Below are positions 35,879-45,603 of a DNA stretch of 45,603 nt, piece by piece (the first letter of the stretch is position 1; each line of letters opens with the position of its first letter). The DNA comes from a virus. Its lineage: Duplodnaviria; Caudoviricetes. The stretch is taken from the IMG/VR virus record IMGVR_UViG_3300032373_001135, positions 1 to 45,603 of that record. One strand, 5' to 3'. The notes below the pieces were generated by a model that was not told the origin of the DNA, made no database searches, and saw only the letters and a list, made by a program, of their open reading frames with translations. The position numbers were made by a program, and so were the translations under genes.

Positions 35879-35882
<4 letters not shown>
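35679..35882 (+). CDS. Small conserved protein
   Basis: MKRPNPLPPDQMT..ERRAELCGLLALGLVRL; GAGG RBS; ATGA-coupled to DUF2924. Confidence 0.65.
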
Positions 35883-36327
<445 letters not shown>

Positions 36328-36331
<4 letters not shown>

Positions 36332-37632
36332 CCAAACCAATCGTCAGAAAGTTGCATTGCGCCGTTTACACCCGTAAATCCTCAGAGGAAGGGCTCGAGC
36401 AGGAGTTCAACAGCCTTCACGCCCAGCGGGAGGCTTGCGAGGCCTATATTGCCAGCCAGCGGTCGGAGGGTTGGGTGCTGGTCCGCGATCAGTATGATGA
36501 TGGCGGCATTTCCGGCGGCACGCTGGAGCGCCCCGGCCTGAAAAGGCTGCTTGCGGACGTCGAGGATGGCTTGGTCGACGTGGTCGTCGTGTACAAGATA
36601 GACCGCCTGTCGCGGTCTCTGATGGATTTTTCCAAACTGGTCGAGGTGTTTGACCGGAATGGCGTGACTTTCGTGTCCGTCACCCAATCCTTCAACACCA
36701 CGACGTCCATGGGGCGGCTGACGCTGAACATTCTTCTGTCCTTTGCCCAATTCGAGCGCGAGGTGACGGCCGAACGCATCCGCGACAAGGTCCGCGCCAG
36801 CCGGATGAAGGGCATGTGGATGGGCGGCGTGCCACCGCTGGGCTATGAGGTGAAGGACCGCAAGCTGGTCATCAATGCCGACGCGGCTAATGTCCGCTGG
36901 ATCTTCGACCGCTTCATCGAAATCGGCTCGGGCACGGAACTGGCTCGCGAACTGGCGGCGCGCGGCATCCAGACCAGCCGTGGCAACCGGATTGACAAGA
37001 AATACCTCTATCGCCTGCTGAACAACCGCGCCTATATCGGCGAGGCCGTACATAAGGGCGACAGCTATCCCGGCGAGCATGACGCCATCATCGACCGCGC
37101 GATCTGGGACAAGGTCCACGCCATCCTGACCGAAAGCCCCCGCAAGCGCGCCGCGCGCACCCGTGCCGACACACCGGCCCTTCTGAAAGGGCTGCTCTAC
37201 GGTCCAGACGGGGCGGCCTTCTCGCCGACCCACACGCGCAATGGTGGCAAGCTTTACCGATACTATGTCAGCCAGACGGTACTCAAGCATGGTGCTGGGT
37301 CATGCCCGGTTGGACGGGTTCCCGCTGGTGAGATCGAGGCAGCTGTCATAGACCAGCTCCGAGCCGTCTTCCGCCAGCCTGAGATTGTGGCGGGCACATG
37401 GAAGGCGGCACGCGCGCAGGACAGCAAGATCACCGAAGCCGACGCCCACGCAGCCCTGATGCAACTCGAACCGCTGTGGGACGAGCTCTTCCCCGCCGAG
37501 CAAGCGCGCATCGCAAGACTGCTGGTCGAGCGCGTGGACATCGGCACGGATGGCCTGAATGTTCGCCTGCGCATGGACGGGCTGACCGGGCTCGCGCGCG
37601 AAATCATGGCCGATCTCGGAGCAGCAGCATGA
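36328..37632 (+). CDS. Large serine recombinase (integrase)
   Basis: CAVYTRKSSE (catalytic Ser), SGGTLERPGL, DRLSRS, recombinase domain, YRYYV. Confidence 0.92.
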
Positions 37633-38009
37633 CCCGCGCGAATCCAGCGCCGGAAACGGTGACAGTGCACATCCCGTTCCGCTTCGTGAAGCGCGGCGGC
37701 CGCAAGGAGATGCAGATGCCGGATGGGGCATATGGGTACAGCAAGATGGATAACACGTTGGTCAAGGCACTGGCGCGGGCCTTTCGCTGGAAGCGTATGC
37801 TGGAATCTGGTGAATTCGCGACCATTGGCGAGTTGGCACAGCGCGAGGGGGTCGCGCCGTCCTACATGACGCGTGTTCTGCGGCTCACGCTTCTCGCACC
37901 AGACATTGTGTTGGCGATGCTGGACGGCAAGCAGGGGTCAGGGTTGACGCTTGCACGGGTGCTGGAACCATTCCCGTTGGAATGGAAGAGGCAGTCTGCA
38001 CAGTACTAG
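37629..38009 (+). CDS. Small HTH protein coupled to the recombinase
   Basis: ATGA overlap; KRGGRK...ALARAFRW..MLESG...ELA..EGV..SYM.RVLRLTLLAPDIV. Confidence 0.75.
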   Translation: MTRANPAPETVTVHIPFRFVKRGGRKEMQMPDGAYGYSKMDNTLVKALARAFRWKRMLESGEFATIGELAQREGVAPSYMTRVLRLTLLAPDIVLAMLDGKQGSGLTLARVLEPFPLEWKRQSAQY

Positions 38010-38239
38010 CCAGGTGGGCGGCTGATGGCGGGCCTAGCACCCCTCGCTAGCGCCCGCGGTTGTCATGGCTGCGAACCAATCTCGAAAAAGCCAATTTACT
38101 TCGTGATGCTTTGCGCCGTTCAAGATTAATTGGCGGCGAACTACCCGTGATCGTATTACGACCTACTCAAAAGCGAATGCGCGGTGGCTTGAATCCGTAC
38201 ACCATGATTAGATAAGCTCATCTTGCAGCCCGCAACATA

Positions 38240-39265
38240 TTGAGCCTCGCGATGATTCCTTCAGGACAGCTACAAAACGTGCCCGTGACAGACATCGAGC
38301 TCGACCGTGAAAACCCAAGGATTCGCAAGTTCTTGGAAATGTACGGCGAGGATGTCACGCCAGAGCAGATACACTTGGCGCTCGGGGCTGGTGGCGATGA
38401 TACCGGCGCAGGTGGCGGGACAACCTTTTCCAAACTCAGAAACTCGATCCTATCCAACGGCGGTGTGATCCAACCAGTCTTGATCAATCACACATCGGAC
38501 GGGCGGCTGGTCTGCATCGAGGGCAACACGCGGGTCGCGCTGTATCAGGAGTTCTTGAGCGAGGGTATCCCTGGCAACTGGAACCACATACCGGCGCTGG
38601 TCCACGAAGACCTTGATGAAGCATCGGCTGACGCTGTCCGGCTCCAAGTTCACCTAGTCGGCCCCAGACCGTGGGACCCCTACTCAAAGGCAAAGTACCT
38701 CCACCATCTTCGCCACCGAGAGCATATGCCATTCTCAGAAATCATTGATTTCTGTGGAGGAAACGAAACCGATCTCAACAGGAGTATTTCAGCCTATGTT
38801 GACATGGAAAAACACTACCGAGATGTAATACCAGAAGATGGGAAATTTGACACAACACGTTTCAGCGGCTTCGTTGAGCTACAGAAGCCTGGCATCAAGG
38901 AAGCGATCCTTGCGGCCAATTACAGTCTCACCGACTTTGCTAGGTGGATACATCAGGGAAAGCTCTTTCCGCTGAATACGGTTCGGCGGCTTCCAAGCAT
39001 CCTAAAGAATAAACAAGCACGTGAGGCGTTCCAAAAGCACGACGCAAAGAGAGCAATTGCCCACCTTGAAACTCCTGATAGCCATAAGGCATTGGAAAAC
39101 GCTTCGTTGCTGCAGCTATGTCAAGCGCTGACGAATAGGCTCCTGGCTTTCCCTTACCCGGAAGCTGCGCGGCTCAAAGACAACCCTGGCGATGAGGCGG
39201 CGTTAGCCCTCTTTGAGGCGAAAGATGAGATTGTCAGGCTCATCCAGTACCTAGAAGAAGAGTAA
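38240..39265 (+). CDS. ParB/Srx-like domain protein 1
   Basis: LDRENPRI...SILSNGGVIQPVLI...IEGNTRV...PWDPYSKAKYL; start is TTG 38240 or ATG 38252. Confidence 0.75.
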   Translation: MSLAMIPSGQLQNVPVTDIELDRENPRIRKFLEMYGEDVTPEQIHLALGAGGDDTGAGGGTTFSKLRNSILSNGGVIQPVLINHTSDGRLVCIEGNTRVALYQEFLSEGIPGNWNHIPALVHEDLDEASADAVRLQVHLVGPRPWDPYSKAKYLHHLRHREHMPFSEIIDFCGGNETDLNRSISAYVDMEKHYRDVIPEDGKFDTTRFSGFVELQKPGIKEAILAANYSLTDFARWIHQGKLFPLNTVRRLPSILKNKQAREAFQKHDAKRAIAHLETPDSHKALENASLLQLCQALTNRLLAFPYPEAARLKDNPGDEAALALFEAKDEIVRLIQYLEEE

Positions 39266-39688
39266 ATGCCAGAGTCGTACGAGCATATCACCATCGTGAA
39301 AAGAGTTTTGGCATACGTTGAATCCGAATACGCTGCGGTTAGCACACTCCGTGCGCTGACAGACCTTCCGGGCGATACATTACCGACTCGGCCTCCGATC
39401 ATCGGGGGCTATATACCCGACGTCTTCTGCACTGATACACCAGCAACTATGACGGTCATCGGCGAAGCCAAGACATCAAAAGATTTGCAGACTCACAGGT
39501 CCTTAGAGCAGATCGCCACTTTCTATGATCACCTTGCCCACGCCCGAGGGGGGCATCTTGCAATAGGTGTGCCTTGGCCCGATGAGGCCTTTGTGATCAA
39601 TTTTCTAAAGCGGCTTAGGTCTAAGGCCCCGGACAAAGCTGTGAGAGCGTCAATCGTTACGGAGTTGAGGGTCTTGCAGTGCTTCTAA
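39266..39688 (+). CDS. Small PD-(D/E)XK nuclease-fold protein
   Basis: YIPDVF...IGEAKT..DL; starts immediately after the previous stop. Confidence 0.6.
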   Translation: MPESYEHITIVKRVLAYVESEYAAVSTLRALTDLPGDTLPTRPPIIGGYIPDVFCTDTPATMTVIGEAKTSKDLQTHRSLEQIATFYDHLAHARGGHLAIGVPWPDEAFVINFLKRLRSKAPDKAVRASIVTELRVLQCF

Positions 39689-41148
39689 GCCAAAAGCCTG
39701 CCAATCTGAAAGCCCGCCATGCGGGCTACGAGTACCAGCTGCAGGCGGTCAACTCGCTAAAAACTTTGCCCTTTGGAGCCGTCTTTCATGAGCAAGGCCT
39801 TGGTAAAACAAAAATTGGTATCGACCTGGCGCTGGATTGGTTGAAATCAGAATCGTGTGACTCAGTTATTATTGTTACGAAGCGCAGTCTTTTGAGAAAT
39901 TGGGAAGAGGAGCTCGAGGCCCACACCTTCACTTTGCCAAGGCTTCTGACGCAGGACCGCAAGAGTAACTTCTTTGCCTTCAACAGTCCGGCAACGATCT
40001 ATTTGACGCACTATGAGGTTATGCGTTCAGAGCAAAAACGTCTTCGCCTATTCTTGAAAACGAGAAAAGTTGGGATCGTCTTAGATGAGTCTCACTATTT
40101 CAAGAATCCCGAATCCACGATTGCTCAAGCCCTCTTCGCACTTTCCGATTTGTTCACCAAGAAAATCATTATGACCGGCACACCAGTTGCAAACCGGCCA
40201 TATGATATTTGGGCGCAGATACATTTTCTTGATAGTGGCGCTGCGCTGGGCGATGACTTTGCGTCTTTCAAAGCTGATAGCGACCTGAAGAGCGAATATG
40301 CAAAGGATCAGCGGAAAGCGCATGCCTTCGAAAGCGCAGTTTCAAGAATCTTCGAAAAGATATCGAGCTTCTCTGTGCGAGAGACTAAGGCAAGTTCGGG
40401 GATAGAGCTTCCAACAAAGACCATCATTTCCAAGAAGACAGCGATGGCACCGCGGCAATTAGAGATCTACCATGCCTACCGGGACGAAATTGGAGCCATA
40501 GTCGTCCAAGAAGGAAAACCGTGTCTCGACGATGTCGAAAACCTGCTGAAGCGTCTGCTACGGCTTGTCCAAGTCGCCTCCAACCCCAAGCTTGTCGATG
40601 AAGCCTATCATGAAGAACCAGGGAAGCTCGCTGCCGCCCGCGAAATCGTCTCCGAGTTCATTCCCTCGGGCAATAAGGTGATCATCTGGACCAATTTTGT
40701 TGAGAATGTTGCTTGGCTCAAAAAGCAGTTTGCCTCTCATGAGCCTGTAACAATTACGGGTCGAATGTCGATTGATGAGCGCAGCGCTTCTGTGCGTAAA
40801 TTCAAACATGATTCGAGCTGCGGCATCTTGATTGCAACACCAGCGTCAGCCAAAGAAGGGCTCACTCTAACTGTTGCGAATTGCGCAATCTTCTTTGATC
40901 GGTCATTCAGCCTTGATGACTATCTCCAGGCGCAGGATAGAATCCATCGTATTTCTCAGAAAGAACCTTGCTTTGTCTACAATCTCATCGCGGAGGACAG
41001 CGTGGATGAATGGGTTGGTGAGCTGCTATCGGCAAAGCAACTCGCTGCCGGGCTTGCCCAGGGTGATATTGGAGTCGACGACTATGTGGAAAATGCAACC
41101 TATGCGTTCGGCGAGTTGATTGAACAAATTCTAGGAGTAACGGTTTAA
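39679..41148 (+). CDS. SNF2-family helicase/translocase (minimal, 489 aa)
   Basis: EQGLGKT, LDESH, MTGTP, KEGLTL, QAQDRIHRISQ. Confidence 0.88.
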   Translation: MLLSQKPANLKARHAGYEYQLQAVNSLKTLPFGAVFHEQGLGKTKIGIDLALDWLKSESCDSVIIVTKRSLLRNWEEELEAHTFTLPRLLTQDRKSNFFAFNSPATIYLTHYEVMRSEQKRLRLFLKTRKVGIVLDESHYFKNPESTIAQALFALSDLFTKKIIMTGTPVANRPYDIWAQIHFLDSGAALGDDFASFKADSDLKSEYAKDQRKAHAFESAVSRIFEKISSFSVRETKASSGIELPTKTIISKKTAMAPRQLEIYHAYRDEIGAIVVQEGKPCLDDVENLLKRLLRLVQVASNPKLVDEAYHEEPGKLAAAREIVSEFIPSGNKVIIWTNFVENVAWLKKQFASHEPVTITGRMSIDERSASVRKFKHDSSCGILIATPASAKEGLTLTVANCAIFFDRSFSLDDYLQAQDRIHRISQKEPCFVYNLIAEDSVDEWVGELLSAKQLAAGLAQGDIGVDDYVENATYAFGELIEQILGVTV

Positions 41149-42182
41149 TGGCATCAAAGCTCCAACCAATCACGTTGAGCAAAGTGACTACAGCTGTCGC
41201 CGATGAACTGGTGATCCGAGGAAAACGGATACCCGTAAAAATCTGCCACCTCGAACATAAGCGCCTTCATTTCTACCCAGAGAACCCGAGAATCTTCTCC
41301 ATTATTGGTGCCGGCGAGAAAATCCCATCTCAAGATGAAATTGAAGAACGGCTCCTCGGAATGGAGCACGTCAAAGCTTTGATACAAGATATCAAGCGCA
41401 ACGATGGCCTGATTGACCCGGTCATCGTAAAGGATGGCTCGCTCGAAGTACTCGAAGGAAATAGCAGACTTGCAGCCTATCGGGCGCTTTCAAAGGATGA
41501 TCCAATTAGATGGGGCCATATTAAGTGCGTGTTGCTTCCCCCCGATATGAGCGAAGATGCGGTCTTTGCCCTCCTTGGACAATATCATGTCAAGGGAAAA
41601 AAGGATTGGGCGCCATTTGAACAGGCGGGTTTCCTTTACCGTCGCTACAAGAACCAGGGTGTCGATATATCTGATCTTGCAAAAGAGATCGGAATTGGGC
41701 GCGGAACTGTGCGTCAACTTGTCGATACATACCAATTCATGATCGACCACAATCAGACGGAGCTAAGTCGGTGGTCATATTTTTATGAGTACTTGAGATC
41801 AAAAAAAATCAAGAAAGCCAGGGACGCCAACGATGACTTTGACAAGATGATTGTCAAAAAAGTTGAATCAGGTGAAATTAGTAAGGCTACCGATATCAGA
41901 GACAAGCTTCCAATTGTCGCTACAGCTTCTGAAAACATTCTAAAAAAATTCGCCAAGGGAGAAGTTGACTTCGAAGAAGCCTATGAGCGTGCGGTCGATG
42001 CCGGTGGCGACAACGCCAGTTTGCGGAAGCTCTCAGCGTTTAGAAAATGGCTCGGTCGCAAGGAAGTCCAAGACGAAATGATAGAACTCGACGGCCAAGC
42101 TGGCAAGCGCGCGAGATACGAGCTCAAGCGTCTCGCGGCACTTACGCGCTCGATAAGTGACAAACTGGAGCCGGACAGCTGA
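41148..42182 (+). CDS. ParB/Srx-like domain protein 2
   Basis: FYPENPRI...DIKRNDGLIDPVIV...LEGNSRL...DWAPFEQAGFL, then an HTH; TAATG overlap. Confidence 0.75.
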   Translation: MASKLQPITLSKVTTAVADELVIRGKRIPVKICHLEHKRLHFYPENPRIFSIIGAGEKIPSQDEIEERLLGMEHVKALIQDIKRNDGLIDPVIVKDGSLEVLEGNSRLAAYRALSKDDPIRWGHIKCVLLPPDMSEDAVFALLGQYHVKGKKDWAPFEQAGFLYRRYKNQGVDISDLAKEIGIGRGTVRQLVDTYQFMIDHNQTELSRWSYFYEYLRSKKIKKARDANDDFDKMIVKKVESGEISKATDIRDKLPIVATASENILKKFAKGEVDFEEAYERAVDAGGDNASLRKLSAFRKWLGRKEVQDEMIELDGQAGKRARYELKRLAALTRSISDKLEPDS

Positions 42183-42403
42183 TTTCAGCAAATGGCACGT
42201 GGGTCGAAAGCGCATGCAGGGCTTGCATTTCGTGCCTATGTCCTGTTGTCCTACTGTATCTAGTGCTTGGATGATCGAGATTCGGTTGCGAACGCAGTCG
42301 CACCAGCGGTTCTCAGCTGCTGGTCGGCTCGGTCTGCTAACTCTAGATCGACAAGCTCACCTCCGGTAGGTGTGGTGGCACATAACGAGAATCGAGGCGG
42401 TGT

Positions 42404-44032
42404 ATGGCGAACAAAAATATCCTTCTTGTCGAACCGGGCTACCGGAACAAGTACCCGCCGCTCGGCCTTATGAAGATTGCCCAGTATCATGGACCCAGCG
42501 GCAAGAAGGATAATGTTCGCTTCGTTAAGGGTGAAGACCCTTCGGCCTATGAGACGGCTTGGGACCGGGTCTACATCACAACGCTCTTCTCATTTGAGTG
42601 GGAGCGGACGGCACGCAGCATCGATTACGCCCTTGATTTGGTGGGCGGACAGGCGCACCGCGTTTTTGTCGGCGGCATTGCCGCCTCGCTGATGCACGAA
42701 AATTTCATCGACGAGCCAAGATGGCGCGGCGTGCGCTTCATCAAGGGGCTGCTTGGTGAAGCACCAGCCGTTTCTCTCGGCCTGGACCCTTTCGATGAGG
42801 AACTCTATGCAGATGACGTGAACGGCAAACCAATTGAGGACCTTGTTCCCGACTACAGCATTCTCGACCACATCGAATACCAGTATCCGGTCAATGACGC
42901 CTACTTCACCTACGCCTCACGCGGCTGCGTACGCAAGTGTGCGTTTTGCGGGGTGCCAAAGCTTGAAGGCGGACAGCGCGATACAAACTCACTAACCGAA
43001 GTTGTCCAAGGGGTCAGCAAGCTCTACGGCGAAAAGCGCGACTTGATCTTGATGGACAACAATGTGGTCGCCTCGGCCAATTTCAAAGATATCATCGCCG
43101 AGATCATTGACCTAGGGTTCGAGCGCGGGGCTAAACTCAAGCGTGGGCGGTACGAGTTGCAGCGGCGCGTTGATTTCAATCAGGGCGTTGACGCGCGAAT
43201 TCTGTGCAAAGATCCGATGTATTTGCAGCAGCTCTCGCGCATTGCCCTAAAACCACTGCGAATTGCTTTTGACCATCTTGGGGTCAAGAAGCCTTATGAG
43301 CAAGCGATCCGGTTTTCGGCTGAGGCGGGGATAACCGAACTATCCAATTATATGCTCTATAACTTCCATGATGATCCCGCAGACTTGTTTGAACGAATGC
43401 GGCTCAATGTGACACTCAATGAAGAGCTTGGAATTCGAATCTTCTCTTTCCCGATGCGATATCAACCAGTTACGCGGCCTGACCGCGGCCATATAGGGAA
43501 GAGATGGAACTCATATTATCTTCGATCGATGCAGGTTATTCTGCAGGCGACGCATGGCGTCGTTAGCGGAGCGCCAGATTTCTTTCGCACGGCCTTTGGC
43601 GATACTTATGACGAATTCGAAAATATCTTGCTACGCCCTCACCACTACATTTTCAATCGCTTTTGGTATGAGCAATATGATGGGCGAGCGGAGTTTGACT
43701 CGTTTCAGAATGCGATAGCAGCGCTCTCCTCCGATGAGCGCACCGAGCTCATTGAATATCTGTGCAGTCGTGACAAGAACGACTATGTGCATGATCTGAA
43801 TACACTGGCGGTGGGCAAACTGCGGGACGCTGCGCGGTACTTCGTGCCGATGTCCAAATCGGACGAGGCGAAGATTTGGTCGGCGCAGAAGCTTAGGCGC
43901 GTTGAAAACATTAATGCCTATCTGGTGCCGGAAGACGAGCGAGTTGAAGATGCAGGACTAACTGATGAAGATGTTCAGCCAGGATCAAAGGCGAAAGCTC
44001 AAATCAAGAATATCACGCAAGTCTATGCGTAA
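42404..44032 (+). CDS. Radical SAM enzyme with N-terminal cobalamin-binding-like domain
   Basis: ILLVEP...YPPLGLMKIA, VFVGGIAASL; CxxxCxxC in RGCVRKCAFC; MDNN; DFNQGVDAR; GAGG RBS. Confidence 0.85.
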   Translation: MANKNILLVEPGYRNKYPPLGLMKIAQYHGPSGKKDNVRFVKGEDPSAYETAWDRVYITTLFSFEWERTARSIDYALDLVGGQAHRVFVGGIAASLMHENFIDEPRWRGVRFIKGLLGEAPAVSLGLDPFDEELYADDVNGKPIEDLVPDYSILDHIEYQYPVNDAYFTYASRGCVRKCAFCGVPKLEGGQRDTNSLTEVVQGVSKLYGEKRDLILMDNNVVASANFKDIIAEIIDLGFERGAKLKRGRYELQRRVDFNQGVDARILCKDPMYLQQLSRIALKPLRIAFDHLGVKKPYEQAIRFSAEAGITELSNYMLYNFHDDPADLFERMRLNVTLNEELGIRIFSFPMRYQPVTRPDRGHIGKRWNSYYLRSMQVILQATHGVVSGAPDFFRTAFGDTYDEFENILLRPHHYIFNRFWYEQYDGRAEFDSFQNAIAALSSDERTELIEYLCSRDKNDYVHDLNTLAVGKLRDAARYFVPMSKSDEAKIWSAQKLRRVENINAYLVPEDERVEDAGLTDEDVQPGSKAKAQIKNITQVYA

Positions 44033-44055
44033 AAGCATTTCAGGGGGAAAGAAGA

Positions 44056-45603
44056 ATGGCTGAAGCAGCACGGATAGATGACGAACGATTTGACGAAACG
44101 GAAATCTTCGTAGGCAAAGATGTGCTGGAGCTCTTGAGCAGCTCAATGTACGTCAATCCGCTTTCGATCTTCCGTGAGTATGTTCAGAATGCAACCGACG
44201 CCATTGATGATGCCGTTTCGTCTGGCCTTCTGCCGTCCATTGATCAGGGGCTCATTGAGATCAATCTCGATCATATAGATCGGCGCGTCGTAATTCGCGA
44301 TAACGGCAAGGGGTTGTCCAATAAGCATTTTCCCACGCGCATGCTCTCGTTCGGCGCGAGCGAAAAGCGCGGAACGGATGCGCGCGGATTTCGCGGTGTC
44401 GGCCGTCTATCCGGCCTTGGCTACGTCCAGCAGCTTGTCTTCCGCTCGCGCGCCAAGGGAGACACGAAGGTTCTGGAAGCGACTTGGGACGGCCGCGTCG
44501 TGAAGCGGATGCTGGCAACAAACGATAGCGAGGCGGACTTACGCACAATTGTACGGGAAGCCGTGACACTCAAGAAGCTGGAACCGGAAGACTATCCCGC
44601 ACATTTCTTCGAGGTCGAACTGATCAAACCGCGCCGGATCGCCAATGACCGCCTGCTCAATGAGATCGAGATTGAGTCGTTTGTAAGCCAGGTCTGCCCC
44701 TGTCCCTTCTCCCCTGAATTCTCTTACGGTCAAGAGATTGCAACACTTCTCAAAGCGCACGGCCGTGCCGGCAAGTCCTATCAGATTCACATCAACGGCG
44801 CTGAGAAGCCGGTCTGTCGGCCGTATCGCGATAATGTTGAATACTCGGATACGAAGAAGGCTTCGCTACGCAGCCTGAAGACATTCGAGATCGAGAGCAT
44901 CGATGGCGAGCCAGCAGCAGTCGGCTGGCTAATCCATCATGACTATCAGGGTGCGATACCGTCCGCTCAGGGCGTTCGCGGTCTGCGTGCGCGAGTTGGA
45001 AATATTCAGGTGGGTCATGACCGACTGTTCCTTGAGGTTTTTCCAGAAGACCGTTTCTGCTCTTGGACAATTGGTGAAGTACATGTCCTTGATGGACGTG
45101 TGGTCCCGAACGGCCGGCGTGACGAGTTTGAGAGCAACACGCATCTAGACAACATCATCGCGCATTTACGGCCGGTAGGCGCGGAAGTAGCGCGGGAGTG
45201 CCGTGTCTCCTCGCAGAAGCGGAATCGCCTCAAAACGTTCGAACTCGCCGCCGACAAGGTTTATGAGAAGCTTGATGTCCTGAAGCAAGGCGCCGTTTCC
45301 GAGCGCTTTGCCAAGTCGATCAAGGCTGAGATTGGGACGCTCCTCGCCGAGATGCGCAAGGCCGTGGAATTTGATCTATTCGAAGATGAAGACCGCCACG
45401 CGATGAGGAGTCGCCTCGCTTCTATTGAGAAAGCGGTCGATGCCCATACCACAAAGGCCGAAGGCGACATCTTTGAGAGTTTGCCAGCGAGCAAGCGCGC
45501 AACCTACAAGGAGGTCTTCGATTTGATCTATGACTGTTCGGTCAATCAAGTCGCTGCAAAGAGCCTTATCGATCGTCTGCTGGATCGGCTATCAAGGTCC
45601 TAG
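44056..45603 (+). CDS. GHKL (HATPase_c_3 / MORC/Hsp90-like) ATPase
   Basis: REYVQNATDA, IRDNGKG, GFRGVGRLSG; S5-like PNGRRDEF; helical C-terminus. Confidence 0.85.
   Translation: MAEAARIDDERFDETEIFVGKDVLELLSSSMYVNPLSIFREYVQNATDAIDDAVSSGLLPSIDQGLIEINLDHIDRRVVIRDNGKGLSNKHFPTRMLSFGASEKRGTDARGFRGVGRLSGLGYVQQLVFRSRAKGDTKVLEATWDGRVVKRMLATNDSEADLRTIVREAVTLKKLEPEDYPAHFFEVELIKPRRIANDRLLNEIEIESFVSQVCPCPFSPEFSYGQEIATLLKAHGRAGKSYQIHINGAEKPVCRPYRDNVEYSDTKKASLRSLKTFEIESIDGEPAAVGWLIHHDYQGAIPSAQGVRGLRARVGNIQVGHDRLFLEVFPEDRFCSWTIGEVHVLDGRVVPNGRRDEFESNTHLDNIIAHLRPVGAEVARECRVSSQKRNRLKTFELAADKVYEKLDVLKQGAVSERFAKSIKAEIGTLLAEMRKAVEFDLFEDEDRHAMRSRLASIEKAVDAHTTKAEGDIFESLPASKRATYKEVFDLIYDCSVNQVAAKSLIDRLLDRLSRS

Noticed and set aside
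38010-38239. attR site or tRNA at the prophage boundary
   Set aside because: No tRNA fold or partner repeat visible; the other end of the prophage is outside the window.
42183-42403. Possible cobalamin riboswitch before the radical SAM gene
   Set aside because: No recognisable B12-box or conserved GGGAA elements by eye; an Rfam/Infernal scan would settle it.

Overview
Most of this window (1 to about 38,010) is a large part of an alphaproteobacterial, Rhodobacteraceae-like temperate siphovirus prophage, read mainly on the minus strand. Its GTA-like tail module is truncated at the left edge. It has a lambda-like head and terminase module, a lambda-like cos site at about 21,200, two DNA methyltransferases, a replication module with an iteron origin, an ECF-like sigma factor, an SOS-box-controlled regulatory operon and a DUF2924/serine-recombinase module. 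The C5 methyltransferase appears to be split across two overlapping reading frames. Five accessory loci (morons) are inserted in the phage: an HNH nuclease with a small partner, a PD-(D/E)XK nuclease, DUF1186/SEC-C, an ADP-ribosyltransferase-like protein and a HEPN-like protein. From 38,240 to the right edge lies a lower-GC, co-oriented six-gene cluster (ParB-like, small PD-(D/E)XK, SNF2 helicase, ParB-like, cobalamin-type radical SAM, GHKL/MORC ATPase). It matches no named system I recognise and is the best candidate for a new DNA-modification/defence system. A second candidate is a repressor-less induction cascade (LexA, wHTH activator, phage sigma factor) whose candidate cis sites can be read in the sequence. 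All functional calls come from motif recognition by eye; no searches were run.
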